From contig JAHLVZ010000002.1 in the NCBI GenBank assembly GCA_019058165.1, forward strand, positions 16,048-80,047: 64,000 nucleotides of DNA, read 5' to 3'. How positions within the stretch are numbered: position 1 is the first letter of the stretch; each line of letters begins with the position of its first letter. Of this stretch, positions 38,739 through 48,888 are shown in pieces. The position numbers were made by a program, and so were the translations under genes. This DNA is from Candidatus Heimdallarchaeota archaeon (lineage in GTDB: Archaea > Asgardarchaeota > Heimdallarchaeia > JABLTI01). The notes beneath the pieces were generated by a model, which was not told the DNA's origin, made no database searches, and saw only the letters and a program-made list of their open reading frames with translations.

Positions 38739-40292
38739 TCATTTTAATTTAATGAATTCCCAAGGATATTTCTCATCAACAACTCGATTTTCAACAATAC
38801 CTTCGATACTCATTCCATATTCGCTAAGTGCTCTTCTCCAGTCTCCTAATCCTCCTCCCAATTTCGCAGCTAATTTCAAAGGTTTAGATATTTCCTTACC
38901 ACTAATCGATAGAATTGTTTGAATTCTTGACATTTTTGGATTTGTTATTTCACAATCTACTTTTGCTATATTTTTCATTTTGCTTTTCAATAGTTTACTT
39001 TTCGCTTGTAATTCTTTCAAAGAAAACAGTGATTTACCTTGATATCCTGTCCAAGGTTTTGGAACAAAAAATCCACACGAGATTCTTAATTTTCTTATTT
39101 CTTTTCCTGCTTTGGACATTTGTTCTGCTAATATGGCTATCGCTTCCACATCATCTGCAGTTTCATCCGGTAATCCAAGTATGAAGTATGCCTTAACTCG
39201 AGAGAGTCCGCCTTCAGAAGCTATCTTAATCGCTTGGATTATCTCATCATCATTTACTCCTTTGCATATTTGTTTTCGGAGTTTTTCAGTTCCAGCTTCT
39301 GGAGCAGTTGTAATCGTTCTTTGCTTAGCTTTCACTAATAATTTCACTAGCTTTTCTGTTATTTTATCTGCTCTAATAGATGGAAGAGAAAATGTAAGAT
39401 TATCATTCAAGATATTTTCACATAGGTTTTCTAAATCTTTGTAATCTGAAATTCCTGAGCCGATGGGTGTTATTTTATTAACATTACACTCTCTAGTTCC
39501 CGCACGATATAATTCTGTAAGCTTCTCTAATGAACGATCCCTCTTCGGTCGATTAATTCTACCTGTCAAGCAAAACGAGCACCCACGATTGCATCCTCTC
39601 ACAACTTCTAGCATAAAGGATTTTCCAAATACACCGTACCAAGGATCCTCTTCCTCAACTTGTGGAATAATTTGTTTTATCGGATAGAAGTAATCGTCAA
39701 TATTCCCTTTTGGTGCATATACTACCGTTTTATCCTCTTCTATTTCCGGCACCCACATCCAATCAAATTCATTCAAAACTTCCATACGATTCTTCCTGTT
39801 ATTATTTCCAAGCAACCCTTCAGTCATGAATTCTTCATTTACCGGTTCTAAATCACCAACCATGAATGCATCAATAAAGGGTGACATTGGAACAGGATTC
39901 GATTGTACACATGGTCCACCAGCAATAACGAGAGGATGATTATCATTTCTCTCGCTCGATTCAAGTGGAATGTTTGATCTCTCTAATATTTCGATTATAT
40001 TCGTAAAATCCTCTTCATATTGTAATGTAAAAGCAATAACATCCATTTCTCTTAAAGGTCGATCAGACTCTAGTGTATATGGTTCCACCGTTTTTTTGAG
40101 TGGAAGAAATGTTCGCTCACATGCTACTCCTTCATATGAATTCCAAAGACGGTAAATTAACTGCAAACCAAGTGAAGCCATACCTGCTCGATAATTATTG
40201 GGATAACAAAAAGCGATTTTTAACTTCATTTGTGAAAGGTCTTTTTTAACAGCATTGATTTCCTCTATATGAGCTTCAACCAGTTTACTCAC
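38739..40292 (-). CDS. B12-binding-domain radical SAM protein
   Basis: The N-terminal Rossmann-like region precedes RGCNRGCSFC (CxxxCxxC). Confidence 0.75.
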   Translation of the reverse strand: MSKLVEAHIEEINAVKKDLSQMKLKIAFCYPNNYRAGMASLGLQLIYRLWNSYEGVACERTFLPLKKTVEPYTLESDRPLREMDVIAFTLQYEEDFTNIIEILERSNIPLESSERNDNHPLVIAGGPCVQSNPVPMSPFIDAFMVGDLEPVNEEFMTEGLLGNNNRKNRMEVLNEFDWMWVPEIEEDKTVVYAPKGNIDDYFYPIKQIIPQVEEEDPWYGVFGKSFMLEVVRGCNRGCSFCLTGRINRPKRDRSLEKLTELYRAGTRECNVNKITPIGSGISDYKDLENLCENILNDNLTFSLPSIRADKITEKLVKLLVKAKQRTITTAPEAGTEKLRKQICKGVNDDEIIQAIKIASEGGLSRVKAYFILGLPDETADDVEAIAILAEQMSKAGKEIRKLRISCGFFVPKPWTGYQGKSLFSLKELQAKSKLLKSKMKNIAKVDCEITNPKMSRIQTILSISGKEISKPLKLAAKLGGGLGDWRRALSEYGMSIEGIVENRVVDEKYPWEFIKLK

Positions 40293-40300
40293 AGTTTTCC

Positions 40301-41563
40301 CTAACCTTTCTTCTTCTTTTTAGGTTCAACAATCCATTTTTGTGAGCTTGTTTCTTGGGTTATGTGTACGAAAAGATTCGATCCAATATTTCTATTAACA
40401 ATTACACCAGTTCCAATAGCTGAATTATTACCAACTATAACCCCTGGCATGAAAAAGACATCAATAGCAGTTTTGACATTGTCGCCCATTATAACTCCTA
40501 TTTTTCTTCTTCTAGTTAAAGTTACTTTTCCATCTACTTCAGCTTTGACTGCTTTGTCATCTAATCTTAGATTGCCAGTTATTGTACCTGCTCCAAAATT
40601 ACAATCTATGCCTATGATGGAATCTCCGACATATGAGAGATGAGCAATATGTGTTCCATCAAAAACAATAGTATTTTTTAACTCGCAACCATTCCCGATT
40701 CTTACTTTGTTACCCAAAGAAACTCCTTTTCTAAGGTAGCAATTAGGACCAATGTCACAATTTTTTCCAATTGATAATGGTCCCTCTAAATAACTTCCAG
40801 CACGGATTCTTGTTCCTGCTCCAATGGAAATTTTCCCGATGATTGTAGCTCCTTTCTCAATGGTCCCTTCTTTTCTCTCTTCAATACAGTTAATCAGAAC
40901 TTGATTTGCGTCTAAAAGATTCCACAAATAGTTTATTCGCCAAAACTCCATTTTTTTCTCTTCAAAAACCAAAGTATGTGTTAAGCTTTTGGTTTGATTC
41001 CTGACTTCAGTATAGATATCATTTACACATTTCGCGTTTAGAGTGCTTGAATCTAAGAACTTCTTATCAAAATAACCTAATCCAAGACATTCTTTCTTCT
41101 CATCATCATTTTCTACTAAAGCTATTTTTCCTGTTCCCTCAGCTTTTCTCAGAAATTCATCCAAGAATACTGAACTAAAAATAACGTTTCCATCTAACCA
41201 GATAGAATTCTTTGTTAGTATATCCTTATGTAAAATGTCCTGTAATTCCTTGGTTATACCTTTAACAGGGTCAAAATCGATAATTGTGAAAGGACCTATC
41301 TCATTAATAGGAGCACTAACCTCTTGATAATCTCCAAGGGCATTATACAATAATTTTCGATCATCTTTATCAGCTAGTAATATTACCATTTCAACCCCAT
41401 GGTTTTTACCAATTTCATAAAACCATTCAACTATGGTTTTTCCTGCTACTTGAAACAGTGCTGCAGGTCGATTCTCAGCCAAAGGGAATAATTGCTTATT
41501 CTTTATTTGTGAAATGAAAACTATCATTGAATGTTTATTTTTAGTTTTAGCCAATATAATCAA
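40301..41563 (-). CDS. sugar-1-phosphate nucleotidyltransferase fused to a left-handed beta-helix acyltransferase (GlmU-like)
   Basis: The N-terminal NTP-transferase fold starts at LAENRPAALFQVAGK. C-terminal hexapeptide repeats are present (IGKNCDIGPNCYL..IGNGCEL). Lies adjacent to glmM. Confidence 0.75.
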   Translation of the reverse strand: MIILAKTKNKHSMIVFISQIKNKQLFPLAENRPAALFQVAGKTIVEWFYEIGKNHGVEMVILLADKDDRKLLYNALGDYQEVSAPINEIGPFTIIDFDPVKGITKELQDILHKDILTKNSIWLDGNVIFSSVFLDEFLRKAEGTGKIALVENDDEKKECLGLGYFDKKFLDSSTLNAKCVNDIYTEVRNQTKSLTHTLVFEEKKMEFWRINYLWNLLDANQVLINCIEERKEGTIEKGATIIGKISIGAGTRIRAGSYLEGPLSIGKNCDIGPNCYLRKGVSLGNKVRIGNGCELKNTIVFDGTHIAHLSYVGDSIIGIDCNFGAGTITGNLRLDDKAVKAEVDGKVTLTRRRKIGVIMGDNVKTAIDVFFMPGVIVGNNSAIGTGVIVNRNIGSNLFVHITQETSSQKWIVEPKKKKKG

Positions 41564-41571
41564 GCCAACCT

Positions 41572-42963
41572 TTATTTCTGAGCTTTTTTAATCTCTTGCT
41601 CTACAAGCTTGGAATAATTTTCTAATCTTTCTTCTGATTCTTTCTTAGTCATCGATTGTGAAGTTACTCGGAAGTAGGGTTCTGTTCCGCTAGGACGAAT
41701 TAGCACCCAGCTATCATCCTCAAAATTAAGTCGTAATCCATCCATTTTAAGGATGTCCTTAAAATCATCTTTTGCGGTTAATCTCTTATCTAATTCTTTT
41801 AGAACCACTTGTTTCAGTTCATTTTCACAACTTATTTTTACTCTATTAACTGGAAAATCTTCTACTGAATCCACCAACTTGTAAAGTGGTCCTCTTTCCA
41901 CAACCCATTCAAGAATTTTCAAGCCAGTGAGAGGTCCATCAGGACATAAATGATATTCAGGGTGTATCCATGCACCACAAGGTTCCCCACCAAAGATTGC
42001 TTTTTCTTCAGCAACCATGTTTCCTATTGCAACGTCTCCTACTTTAGTACGTTTTACTTTACCACCCACTTCTACAACTAGTTTATCTATTAACATAGAT
42101 GCATCAACATGAGTTATTACCAGTCCTTTACCAGAATTTTGCTCAACAACATACTTGGCATAAAGTGCAATTAATACATCTTGTGGCACATATCTGCCTT
42201 TTTCGTCCACAGCAACGCATCTATCTGCATCTCCATCATACGCTAAACCTATTGTTTTATTTTCACTTTTCTCCGATTGTTTTTTCACTGCATCAATGAT
42301 TTGTGTAAGGTTTTTTGCTTCAGGTTCTGAAGGTCTTGCGGAGAATGTGGCATCAAACATTCCATTTATTGAAATCAGATTAATCCCTAGTTCTTGATAT
42401 GTGTTGTATATGGTTTCACAAGCAGCTCCTCCACCAGGATCAGCTATAACTGATTTGAAAACACTAAAGTCTACATCTGCTACTGCATCTAATAACATTT
42501 TATTGTATAATTTTGAACCTAAAATTTCAACATCTGTACCAAATTTCTCCCAAGGTTGGATTGGTAAATCATTCTTAGCAATTGCTTCCTCTATTTTTGT
42601 TTCATCATTAGGTGATAATCCCATGCTTGTTTTATCAAAGACCTTTATTCCATTATATTCAGCGGGATTGTGAGAAGCTGTCAACATAACTCCCGCACAT
42701 GCATTAGTTTTATGTGTATGATAAGCAAGAGCTGGAGTTGGCATAATTCCCTTTCGCTCAATGCTACTGCCACCAGAAATAAGACCTGAACATATAGCAT
42801 GTTCTAACATTGGTCCACTTGAGCGAGGATCTCGAGCAACAATAACATTGGATCCTGTATTCTGACAAATAGCTTTGCTTATTGCTAATCCTACATTAAC
42901 CACGAAATTTGGCGGAAGTTCAGAGACTTTGCGACGAATACCTGATGTGCTGAAAAGCTTCAT
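41572..42963 (-). CDS. glmM: phosphoglucosamine mutase / phosphohexomutase
   Basis: Active-site loop TASHNPAEYNGIK, metal loop DGDADR, and GEPCG (GEXSG-like). Confidence 0.85.
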   Translation of the reverse strand: MKLFSTSGIRRKVSELPPNFVVNVGLAISKAICQNTGSNVIVARDPRSSGPMLEHAICSGLISGGSSIERKGIMPTPALAYHTHKTNACAGVMLTASHNPAEYNGIKVFDKTSMGLSPNDETKIEEAIAKNDLPIQPWEKFGTDVEILGSKLYNKMLLDAVADVDFSVFKSVIADPGGGAACETIYNTYQELGINLISINGMFDATFSARPSEPEAKNLTQIIDAVKKQSEKSENKTIGLAYDGDADRCVAVDEKGRYVPQDVLIALYAKYVVEQNSGKGLVITHVDASMLIDKLVVEVGGKVKRTKVGDVAIGNMVAEEKAIFGGEPCGAWIHPEYHLCPDGPLTGLKILEWVVERGPLYKLVDSVEDFPVNRVKISCENELKQVVLKELDKRLTAKDDFKDILKMDGLRLNFEDDSWVLIRPSGTEPYFRVTSQSMTKKESEERLENYSKLVEQEIKKAQK

Positions 42964-43060
42964 TTAAATTCAATCCATTAATTTAGCATTAATAGTTCTA
43001 TTTTAGAATTCACAAGAAACAAGCAATTCAAAAATTTATCCTTAGAAATAACATTTTGAG

Positions 43061-43108
43061 GAAAAGAAAACAAAAAAAGAGGGGTTATCCTCGCATTTCC
43101 ATGCGAGG
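43061..43108 (-). terminator. hairpin plus oligo-T terminator downstream of the wHTH gene
   Basis: Perfect 8-bp stem CCTCGCAT/ATGCGAGG (43089-43108, loop TTCC). A T7 run follows on the minus strand (43066-43072 region) and a T5 run on the plus strand. Confidence 0.45.
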
Positions 43109-43160
43109 CATTTTTAACCATCTTGAATAGTGAACAAAGATAATAAAGTTGACCGAAATT

Positions 43161-43457
43161 TTAACCTGTTTCTACGAAATATTTTGATGAACGCATATCA
43201 AGTAGGTAAGGTGCCTTTTTGACTAGGCCCTCTTTCGTTAAACGTTTTAAGGCATATCTAACAGTTCTAGGTGCGAGATCGCACTTTTGAATTAAATCCT
43301 TTGAAGTTAAAGGTCCTTGCTCAGATAAGAGTGTGTAAATCGCTCTTGCTGATGGGGGTAGTTGTTCTGCGACAGTCAGCATTTTAATAGTCATCTCCGA
43401 TGAAGAAAGAGCATTCATTTCAATATAAAAGAACTCTGAGGAATTCTTACCTTGCAT
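43161..43457 (-). CDS. MarR/TrmB-like winged-helix transcriptional regulator
   Basis: LSEQGPLTSKDLIQKCDLAPRTVRYALKRLTKEGLVKK. Confidence 0.65.
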   Translation of the reverse strand: MQGKNSSEFFYIEMNALSSSEMTIKMLTVAEQLPPSARAIYTLLSEQGPLTSKDLIQKCDLAPRTVRYALKRLTKEGLVKKAPYLLDMRSSKYFVETG

Positions 43458-43824
43458 CTAGTAAAGTTCTTCCGTGTTCTAGCAAATCTATCCGCATAAT
43501 TTTCTTTGTATCTTTGCCTCTATTCCGTTTTTTCACGGAATTTCATAACTCTTTCTCATTTTTCCACGATTTGTACTGTAAAACAGTTTAAATCGTTTCT
43601 ATGGTCTTTTATATTCGATCAAATAATAACTATTTAATCGAATGATAATCGCTCTTATTTTATTGTTGGGGTGTTTTGTATTTAAATGCCAATAATATGT
43701 AGAATGGTATTTATTCGGTGAATGATAAAATACAGAGAAATGTTAAGATATATATGGTAGTAGCGATATATTGTAGTTGTAATTAGTTGCAGGAATTATT
43801 ATAAAAATAAACAGGTAGTCAAAA

Positions 43825-44307
43825 TTGGCAGAGGAAGGAAATCTTCGGAATAGTGCGGCTTTTAAGGAATATTCAACAGGCGAGAGAAGCAAGATCAAAC
43901 ATCCTTGGGTTACGATAACTATATCGGGTATTCTTGTTGCAGTGGCAATGATTCTAACAAATTGGTTGGGTACTGCTTTATATGATAACCCTTTATCTTT
44001 CAACTTTATTTTGGCTTTATATGGGATACCTGCTGGTTTTGCATGCGCCTGGAGAAACAAAACACTAAGTGCTCTTCATTCATTAAGATATTCAACTTTT
44101 AGTGCATTGATTGCAACAGCAACCTATTTCTTAATTACATTAATAGTGATATTCACTTCACCAACAAGTGCTTTAGGAATGATAAGTAGTATAAGTCAAT
44201 TAGCAATTGCCTCAGCAATTATTGCTGTATTCTTCATTTGTGTAACATTTGCAGGAGGAGCAATGTTAGGAACGATTGTTCAAGGCGTTAGAGATAGTAA
44301 GAATTGA
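43825..44307 (+). CDS. small integral membrane protein
   Basis: 160 aa with about 4 hydrophobic helices. Preferred over the overlapping minus-strand ORF. Confidence 0.45.
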   Translation: MAEEGNLRNSAAFKEYSTGERSKIKHPWVTITISGILVAVAMILTNWLGTALYDNPLSFNFILALYGIPAGFACAWRNKTLSALHSLRYSTFSALIATATYFLITLIVIFTSPTSALGMISSISQLAIASAIIAVFFICVTFAGGAMLGTIVQGVRDSKN

Positions 44308-44420
44308 ATCGTTTTTTCAAAACATTTTTTCCTTAATTATAAGCGATAAAATTAAGTATTATGTAATTTATTTGATTTTAGTATTATTAATTTCTTAGTT
44401 TAGAATTTGGAAGTGAAATA

Positions 44421-44807
44421 ATGACTCCAAAGAAGAAAAAGAGCTCTCAAACTCGTAGAAGAAGATACGGCACTTGGTTTTTGGTTGGGCAAATCCTCAT
44501 AATTCTTGGTGCAGCTTTAATTATTGCTGCGGGAATAATTGATGCAGTTTATGGATTCCAAGATTATGATTATTGGTCATCTTACACTTTTGGTCAATTA
44601 CATCCTATCGTGGGTCTAGTAATAGCAATTATCGCTGCAATAGCGATTCTCTGGCTTGCTATTGATAAACGAGCATATTATGGATTAAATCTCTATCTTT
44701 ATGCTGTAATTATCATTATCCTAGCTTGTCTTGCTGGAAATGTCGGAGCATTAGTTTGTATTATTGGTGCACTAGTGATAATTTTCTATCGGATATCTCG
44801 AGGTTGA
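44421..44807 (+). CDS. small integral membrane protein with basic N-terminus
   Basis: KKKKSSQTRRRRYG is followed by 3-4 TM helices. Confidence 0.45.
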   Translation: MTPKKKKSSQTRRRRYGTWFLVGQILIILGAALIIAAGIIDAVYGFQDYDYWSSYTFGQLHPIVGLVIAIIAAIAILWLAIDKRAYYGLNLYLYAVIIIILACLAGNVGALVCIIGALVIIFYRISRG

Positions 44808-44819
44808 ATTCTGAAAAGG

Positions 44820-45368
44820 ATGAGTTTTATGCCTTCAAAGAGATCCAAAAGGAAAACAAAGCTAAGTACAGGTACAAAAGAGAATATTGATACAATTATT
44901 ACTGAATTATCAATTATAATAGGCCGAAAAGGATGGCCTAAAGATGAACCAGGAAAAGTACTTGGTGATGCTTTCAAAAATGTAGATACTCACATAGCTG
45001 CTGTTTCTTTAGCGGTACCTCGAGTTGACCCATTGTGGTATGAATCAGGAGCAAGAGAAGCTTTCCTAAAAATACGACGAAATAGAAAAAGAGCAATTGG
45101 ATTTTTGATTACTATTGCAGTTATTATTGCTCTTTTTGTCTTAGCAAGTGCTATTGTTGCTGTTCTTTTGATAGATGATTGGTACAAGTGGATTATACTT
45201 CTCGGTGCTGCTTTAGTTTTATTTCTGGGTTCTTCGAGTATTCCGAAATACATTATGGGGCCATATATGGTGAAAAGAGATTTGGAAATTCCAGAAAAAT
45301 TCAAATCGGAATGTGTTCTAATAAATATATTCGTAAAAGATCTTATTCAGCTCAGGAGAAAATCTTGA
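44820..45368 (+). CDS. membrane protein
   Basis: 182 aa with a soluble N-terminus and two TM helices (FLITIAVIIALFVLASAIVAVLLI, IILLGAALVLFLG). Confidence 0.4.
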   Translation: MSFMPSKRSKRKTKLSTGTKENIDTIITELSIIIGRKGWPKDEPGKVLGDAFKNVDTHIAAVSLAVPRVDPLWYESGAREAFLKIRRNRKRAIGFLITIAVIIALFVLASAIVAVLLIDDWYKWIILLGAALVLFLGSSSIPKYIMGPYMVKRDLEIPEKFKSECVLINIFVKDLIQLRRKS

Positions 45369-45497
45369 ATTTCTCCTAATAATCTTTTTTTCCCTTAATT
45401 CCTTGCTCATATAGAAAGTTTTTTTCGCATGTATGACAAAGTTATCATAGAATAAATGACCAATATGAAATGAACTGCTTGTGAGGTATGAATCTAG

Positions 45498-46742
45498 ATG
45501 GTTTCTGTAGGTGTTATTAAAGTTAAATGTGATGCTTGTAGAGAAATCATCAAAGGAAAGTATATTCATTTCTCAGACGGTTCGATTTTTTGCAATGAAT
45601 GTTTCCATTATCTCCCGAAATGTATTAGCTGTAAAAAACCTGTCATTGGCGGTGAGGATAGCTCAATAGATGGTTTTTGCTCCATTTGTCATAAAAGAGC
45701 ACCAAAATGTGATATTTGTGAAAAAGCCATCATTGGTAGTTATACAAGATTTACTGATAAATCAATTTCATGCGATGACTGTATGAAGAAATATGAAAAA
45801 TGTGATCGATGTGGAAAACCTGTAGTAAGGTATACAAAAATTCGAGGAAATGTTCTTTGCCGATTCTGTTTAACACACGCAACTCGTTGCCATGTTTGCA
45901 GTAATCCAATAATTGGCACATATTGGATTTTTGATAAAGATCTCGTTTGTGATTATTGCTATAAAATTTATGAACGATGTAATATGTGTGGCATTCCTAG
46001 TCAATTCTTATTTACTGTACATGATAAGAAATTATGTTATATTTGTCAAGAAAAAGCTAAACGGTGTTCTGCTTGTGGTTTACCAGTTGTAGGTCGATAC
46101 TATTCTTATAAAACTAAGGAAGGAATATTTTGCGAACACTGTGAGCACTTAGCTCCACATTGCGATTCATGTGGTTGTCCCTTAGGTATTCAATATGTAG
46201 ACATTTCAGATGGAAGGAAAATCTGTTTTGAATGTCAAAGAAGTGCCATAACCACAGAAGAACAACTAAATGATCTGATTAAAACAGCTACTAATGGATT
46301 AACAAGCTTTGGATTGAAAATAAAACATAACATAAATTACAGGCTAATTTCAAGAAATCTCCTAAACAAACGAATAAAAGAAGCGGGAGTAGACCTAGCT
46401 GCCGGTAAGAATCTTGGGTTATTCCAAAGAAAGGAAGACAAAATGAATATCTATATTCAATCGCATTTACCAATACAATTAGCGTTAGGAACGATTTGTC
46501 ACGAAATAGCTCATGCATGGTTATCCGAGAATGTCAGAATTAAAACACAACCACTTCATATTTGTGAAGGCTTTTGTGAGTGGGTTTCTTATAAGATATT
46601 ACAGAAATACGGTTATCATGGTCAGGCAGAATTAATACTTTCAAGAAATGACATATATGGTCTCGGATTCCAGAAATTCTTGGAATTTGAAAAGAAAAAT
46701 AGTATTCGAGCACTTTTAGAGTGGGCGAAAATAGCTCATTGA
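45498..46742 (+). CDS. LIM-like zinc-finger repeat protein with C-terminal DA1-like metallopeptidase domain
   Basis: About eight tandem CxxC-x(16-19)-CxxC modules. These are followed by CHEIAHAWL...CEGFCEWVSY, which matches the plant DA1 HEMMHAWL...EEGICQ pattern. Confidence 0.7.
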   Translation: MVSVGVIKVKCDACREIIKGKYIHFSDGSIFCNECFHYLPKCISCKKPVIGGEDSSIDGFCSICHKRAPKCDICEKAIIGSYTRFTDKSISCDDCMKKYEKCDRCGKPVVRYTKIRGNVLCRFCLTHATRCHVCSNPIIGTYWIFDKDLVCDYCYKIYERCNMCGIPSQFLFTVHDKKLCYICQEKAKRCSACGLPVVGRYYSYKTKEGIFCEHCEHLAPHCDSCGCPLGIQYVDISDGRKICFECQRSAITTEEQLNDLIKTATNGLTSFGLKIKHNINYRLISRNLLNKRIKEAGVDLAAGKNLGLFQRKEDKMNIYIQSHLPIQLALGTICHEIAHAWLSENVRIKTQPLHICEGFCEWVSYKILQKYGYHGQAELILSRNDIYGLGFQKFLEFEKKNSIRALLEWAKIAH

Positions 46743-46766
46743 TTTTGAGAGATTGTGTGAATTGCC

Positions 46767-47144
46767 TTACTCAAAAAGACCACTTTCAATTAATTCCCCA
46801 AATGGTTCTCTATTTACTACTACATAAAGAAATACTTCATAATCTAATTCTTCAAGAAAGATTCTTTCTCGACTATAAAATTCTGGAACTCCTTCTAGTT
46901 TGTCAATTTTTTCTACCGTTTTTTGCGGAACCTCGAAAATCTCAATATGAATTTTATTCTCTTTCTCAGATGGAAAGAGAAGAGGGAAACCACCGTCAGA
47001 ATACATTTGATATGGAAGTTGAACTAATCCACGAAAAATTGGTTTCCTAGGATTTAGGTAGTAAAAATAATTTGGAAAATTCTCTTTTAGAGTTCCATAC
47101 ACTGCAAGCAGAAAGATTTCCTCATTATTCCTCTTATCATTCAC
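46767..47144 (-). CDS. gamma-glutamylcyclotransferase (AIG2/GGACT-like) family protein
   Basis: N-terminal AVYGTLK motif and appropriate size. Confidence 0.65.
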   Translation of the reverse strand: MNDKRNNEEIFLLAVYGTLKENFPNYFYYLNPRKPIFRGLVQLPYQMYSDGGFPLLFPSEKENKIHIEIFEVPQKTVEKIDKLEGVPEFYSRERIFLEELDYEVFLYVVVNREPFGELIESGLFE

Positions 47145-47196
47145 TGGAATTTCTCCAAAAGAATTATTTTTGTATTTCTAGTTTTCCAATTTTTCT

Positions 47197-48708
47197 TTAC
47201 GCGCCAATTTTCCCTTCGAAAAACCGTTGCATTTTCATCTGAGAGGATTTTTTATTCATTTGGTCTCTCACATATGATCGAATCATCCCAATAAAACCGA
47301 TTGTAATTGCTACCATAAAGAGGAAAAATGGAACTGCCCATCTTGACATAACTAATATCCCAATATTAAATCCGAAGAACATCACTCCTGCAGTTAGCAT
47401 GCCAATAGGTAAGTACTTCTTATCTGATGTGAAATGTGTTATTGAACCGAGTAATGCTATCAAAATCATTGGGGTGAAATAGGCAGTATAGAATTTGTAT
47501 ACACCTCGAGGCATGAAAATATGAGTGAAAATTGTATAAGCAGCAATCCACTCGAAGAATTCAATACCATCAAGCTTAGAATTATATGATCTCCAAAACA
47601 TGATAACTGCAATTATACTAGCACTGAGGATCATCCAAAGCATTGAGTAATTACCAAACGATGCCAGAACTAACAAAGGACCACCTAACCCTAACTCCGC
47701 CAGTGATTTTGCGAAGGAGACACAATCATTTGAAGCTGGAGTAACAGGTTCGAATCTTAACTCTATTGGTCTTCCAGGGAACAGCATGTGTCTTCCATAT
47801 TGATAGGGAGAAATGAATAACCAAGGAACAGATAATAATAGAACTATACCAACAAACAAAGCTGCATTCATTATACTTTCAACAAGAGTTTCCCTTACAG
47901 ATTTATTTCTAACCTTTTCACCAAGCATTACCATGAACAATGGATAAGAAAAGAATAAGGCATTCTGCTTCGTCATGGTTGCAATGGCTAACCAGAAAAA
48001 GGCTTGCCACCATTTCTTCTTGACAGCAAAGTAAAAAGCGATGATCGTCAGAAATGTTACCGGACCAGGATTTAACCAATACACTCCATCATAAATGATA
48101 TTTATTGGTGCTAAGGCCATGAGCAATCCTCCAAAAATTGCAATGCCACGTTTGTGTTTGCTTTTAATGATGTTTTTGAGTATTAGATATACTACACCTG
48201 CACATGCAGCATCGGTGAAGATCATGGGAAAAGCCATCCAGAAATTGCTCATACCAGGTCTCCAAGTTAGAACAAGGAAATACAGAAAAACTGGAGGATA
48301 TGAATAGTAATCTAAAACATTCGTTGGTTCTATCCAACGATAAGGATACCAATTATCAGTATACCAAGCTGTAACCCATGAGTGATAATAAAACCCAAAA
48401 TCTGCAAACCCTCTGAAATCAATATTGTTTATTCCAAACGGTAAACCATAATTCCAAACGTTAAAACCAGACCCGTAACCCCAAGTATCTCGGAATTCAT
48501 ATGATAATAAAATTCTAATGAATAATGCCATGGAGATTAATAAGACAATAACAGAAATATCTAGACCAATTTCAGACCAATTCTCTTGCTTAAGTCGATT
48601 ATTTAAACCATCAGCAATCTTTTGATTGAGATTCCTAAAATAATGCGCTAAACGTGAGGTGGATTCTTCTGTGATAGTTTCTTCGCTTTCTGTTTTATTA
48701 GCTGGCAT
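47197..48708 (-). CDS. GT-C-type membrane glycosyltransferase (PMT/ArnT-like)
   Basis: 503 aa with more than 10 TM helices and aromatic-rich loops. The family-level call is from topology only. Confidence 0.55.
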   Translation of the reverse strand: MPANKTESEETITEESTSRLAHYFRNLNQKIADGLNNRLKQENWSEIGLDISVIVLLISMALFIRILLSYEFRDTWGYGSGFNVWNYGLPFGINNIDFRGFADFGFYYHSWVTAWYTDNWYPYRWIEPTNVLDYYSYPPVFLYFLVLTWRPGMSNFWMAFPMIFTDAACAGVVYLILKNIIKSKHKRGIAIFGGLLMALAPINIIYDGVYWLNPGPVTFLTIIAFYFAVKKKWWQAFFWLAIATMTKQNALFFSYPLFMVMLGEKVRNKSVRETLVESIMNAALFVGIVLLLSVPWLFISPYQYGRHMLFPGRPIELRFEPVTPASNDCVSFAKSLAELGLGGPLLVLASFGNYSMLWMILSASIIAVIMFWRSYNSKLDGIEFFEWIAAYTIFTHIFMPRGVYKFYTAYFTPMILIALLGSITHFTSDKKYLPIGMLTAGVMFFGFNIGILVMSRWAVPFFLFMVAITIGFIGMIRSYVRDQMNKKSSQMKMQRFFEGKIGA

Positions 48709-48888
48709 TATATGTTATCCTCAGAACGTATACATTTCTTACAACTACTTTAACTATTAACTTTTTTACCGAAAACGAAAATCTAATTCAAAAAGTTTTA
48801 TTAGTTGTGGAAAAATTTTTGAACAAAAGTTTAAAGTAGGATTAAGAGTTCTCCAAATAATAAGGGAGTACCCAGGAGCATTGGACCA

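Noticed and set aside
43520-43540. Short hairpin TTCCGT-TTTTTC-ACGGAA in the 43.46-43.82 kb spacer.
   Set aside because: The stem is only 6 bp in an AT-rich spacer. It cannot be distinguished from chance and has no supporting context.
43743-44060. 105-aa minus-strand ORF overlapping 43825-44307.
   Set aside because: The plus-strand ORF has a clean 4-TM profile and heads a co-oriented gene series. The minus-strand ORF looks like a shadow frame.
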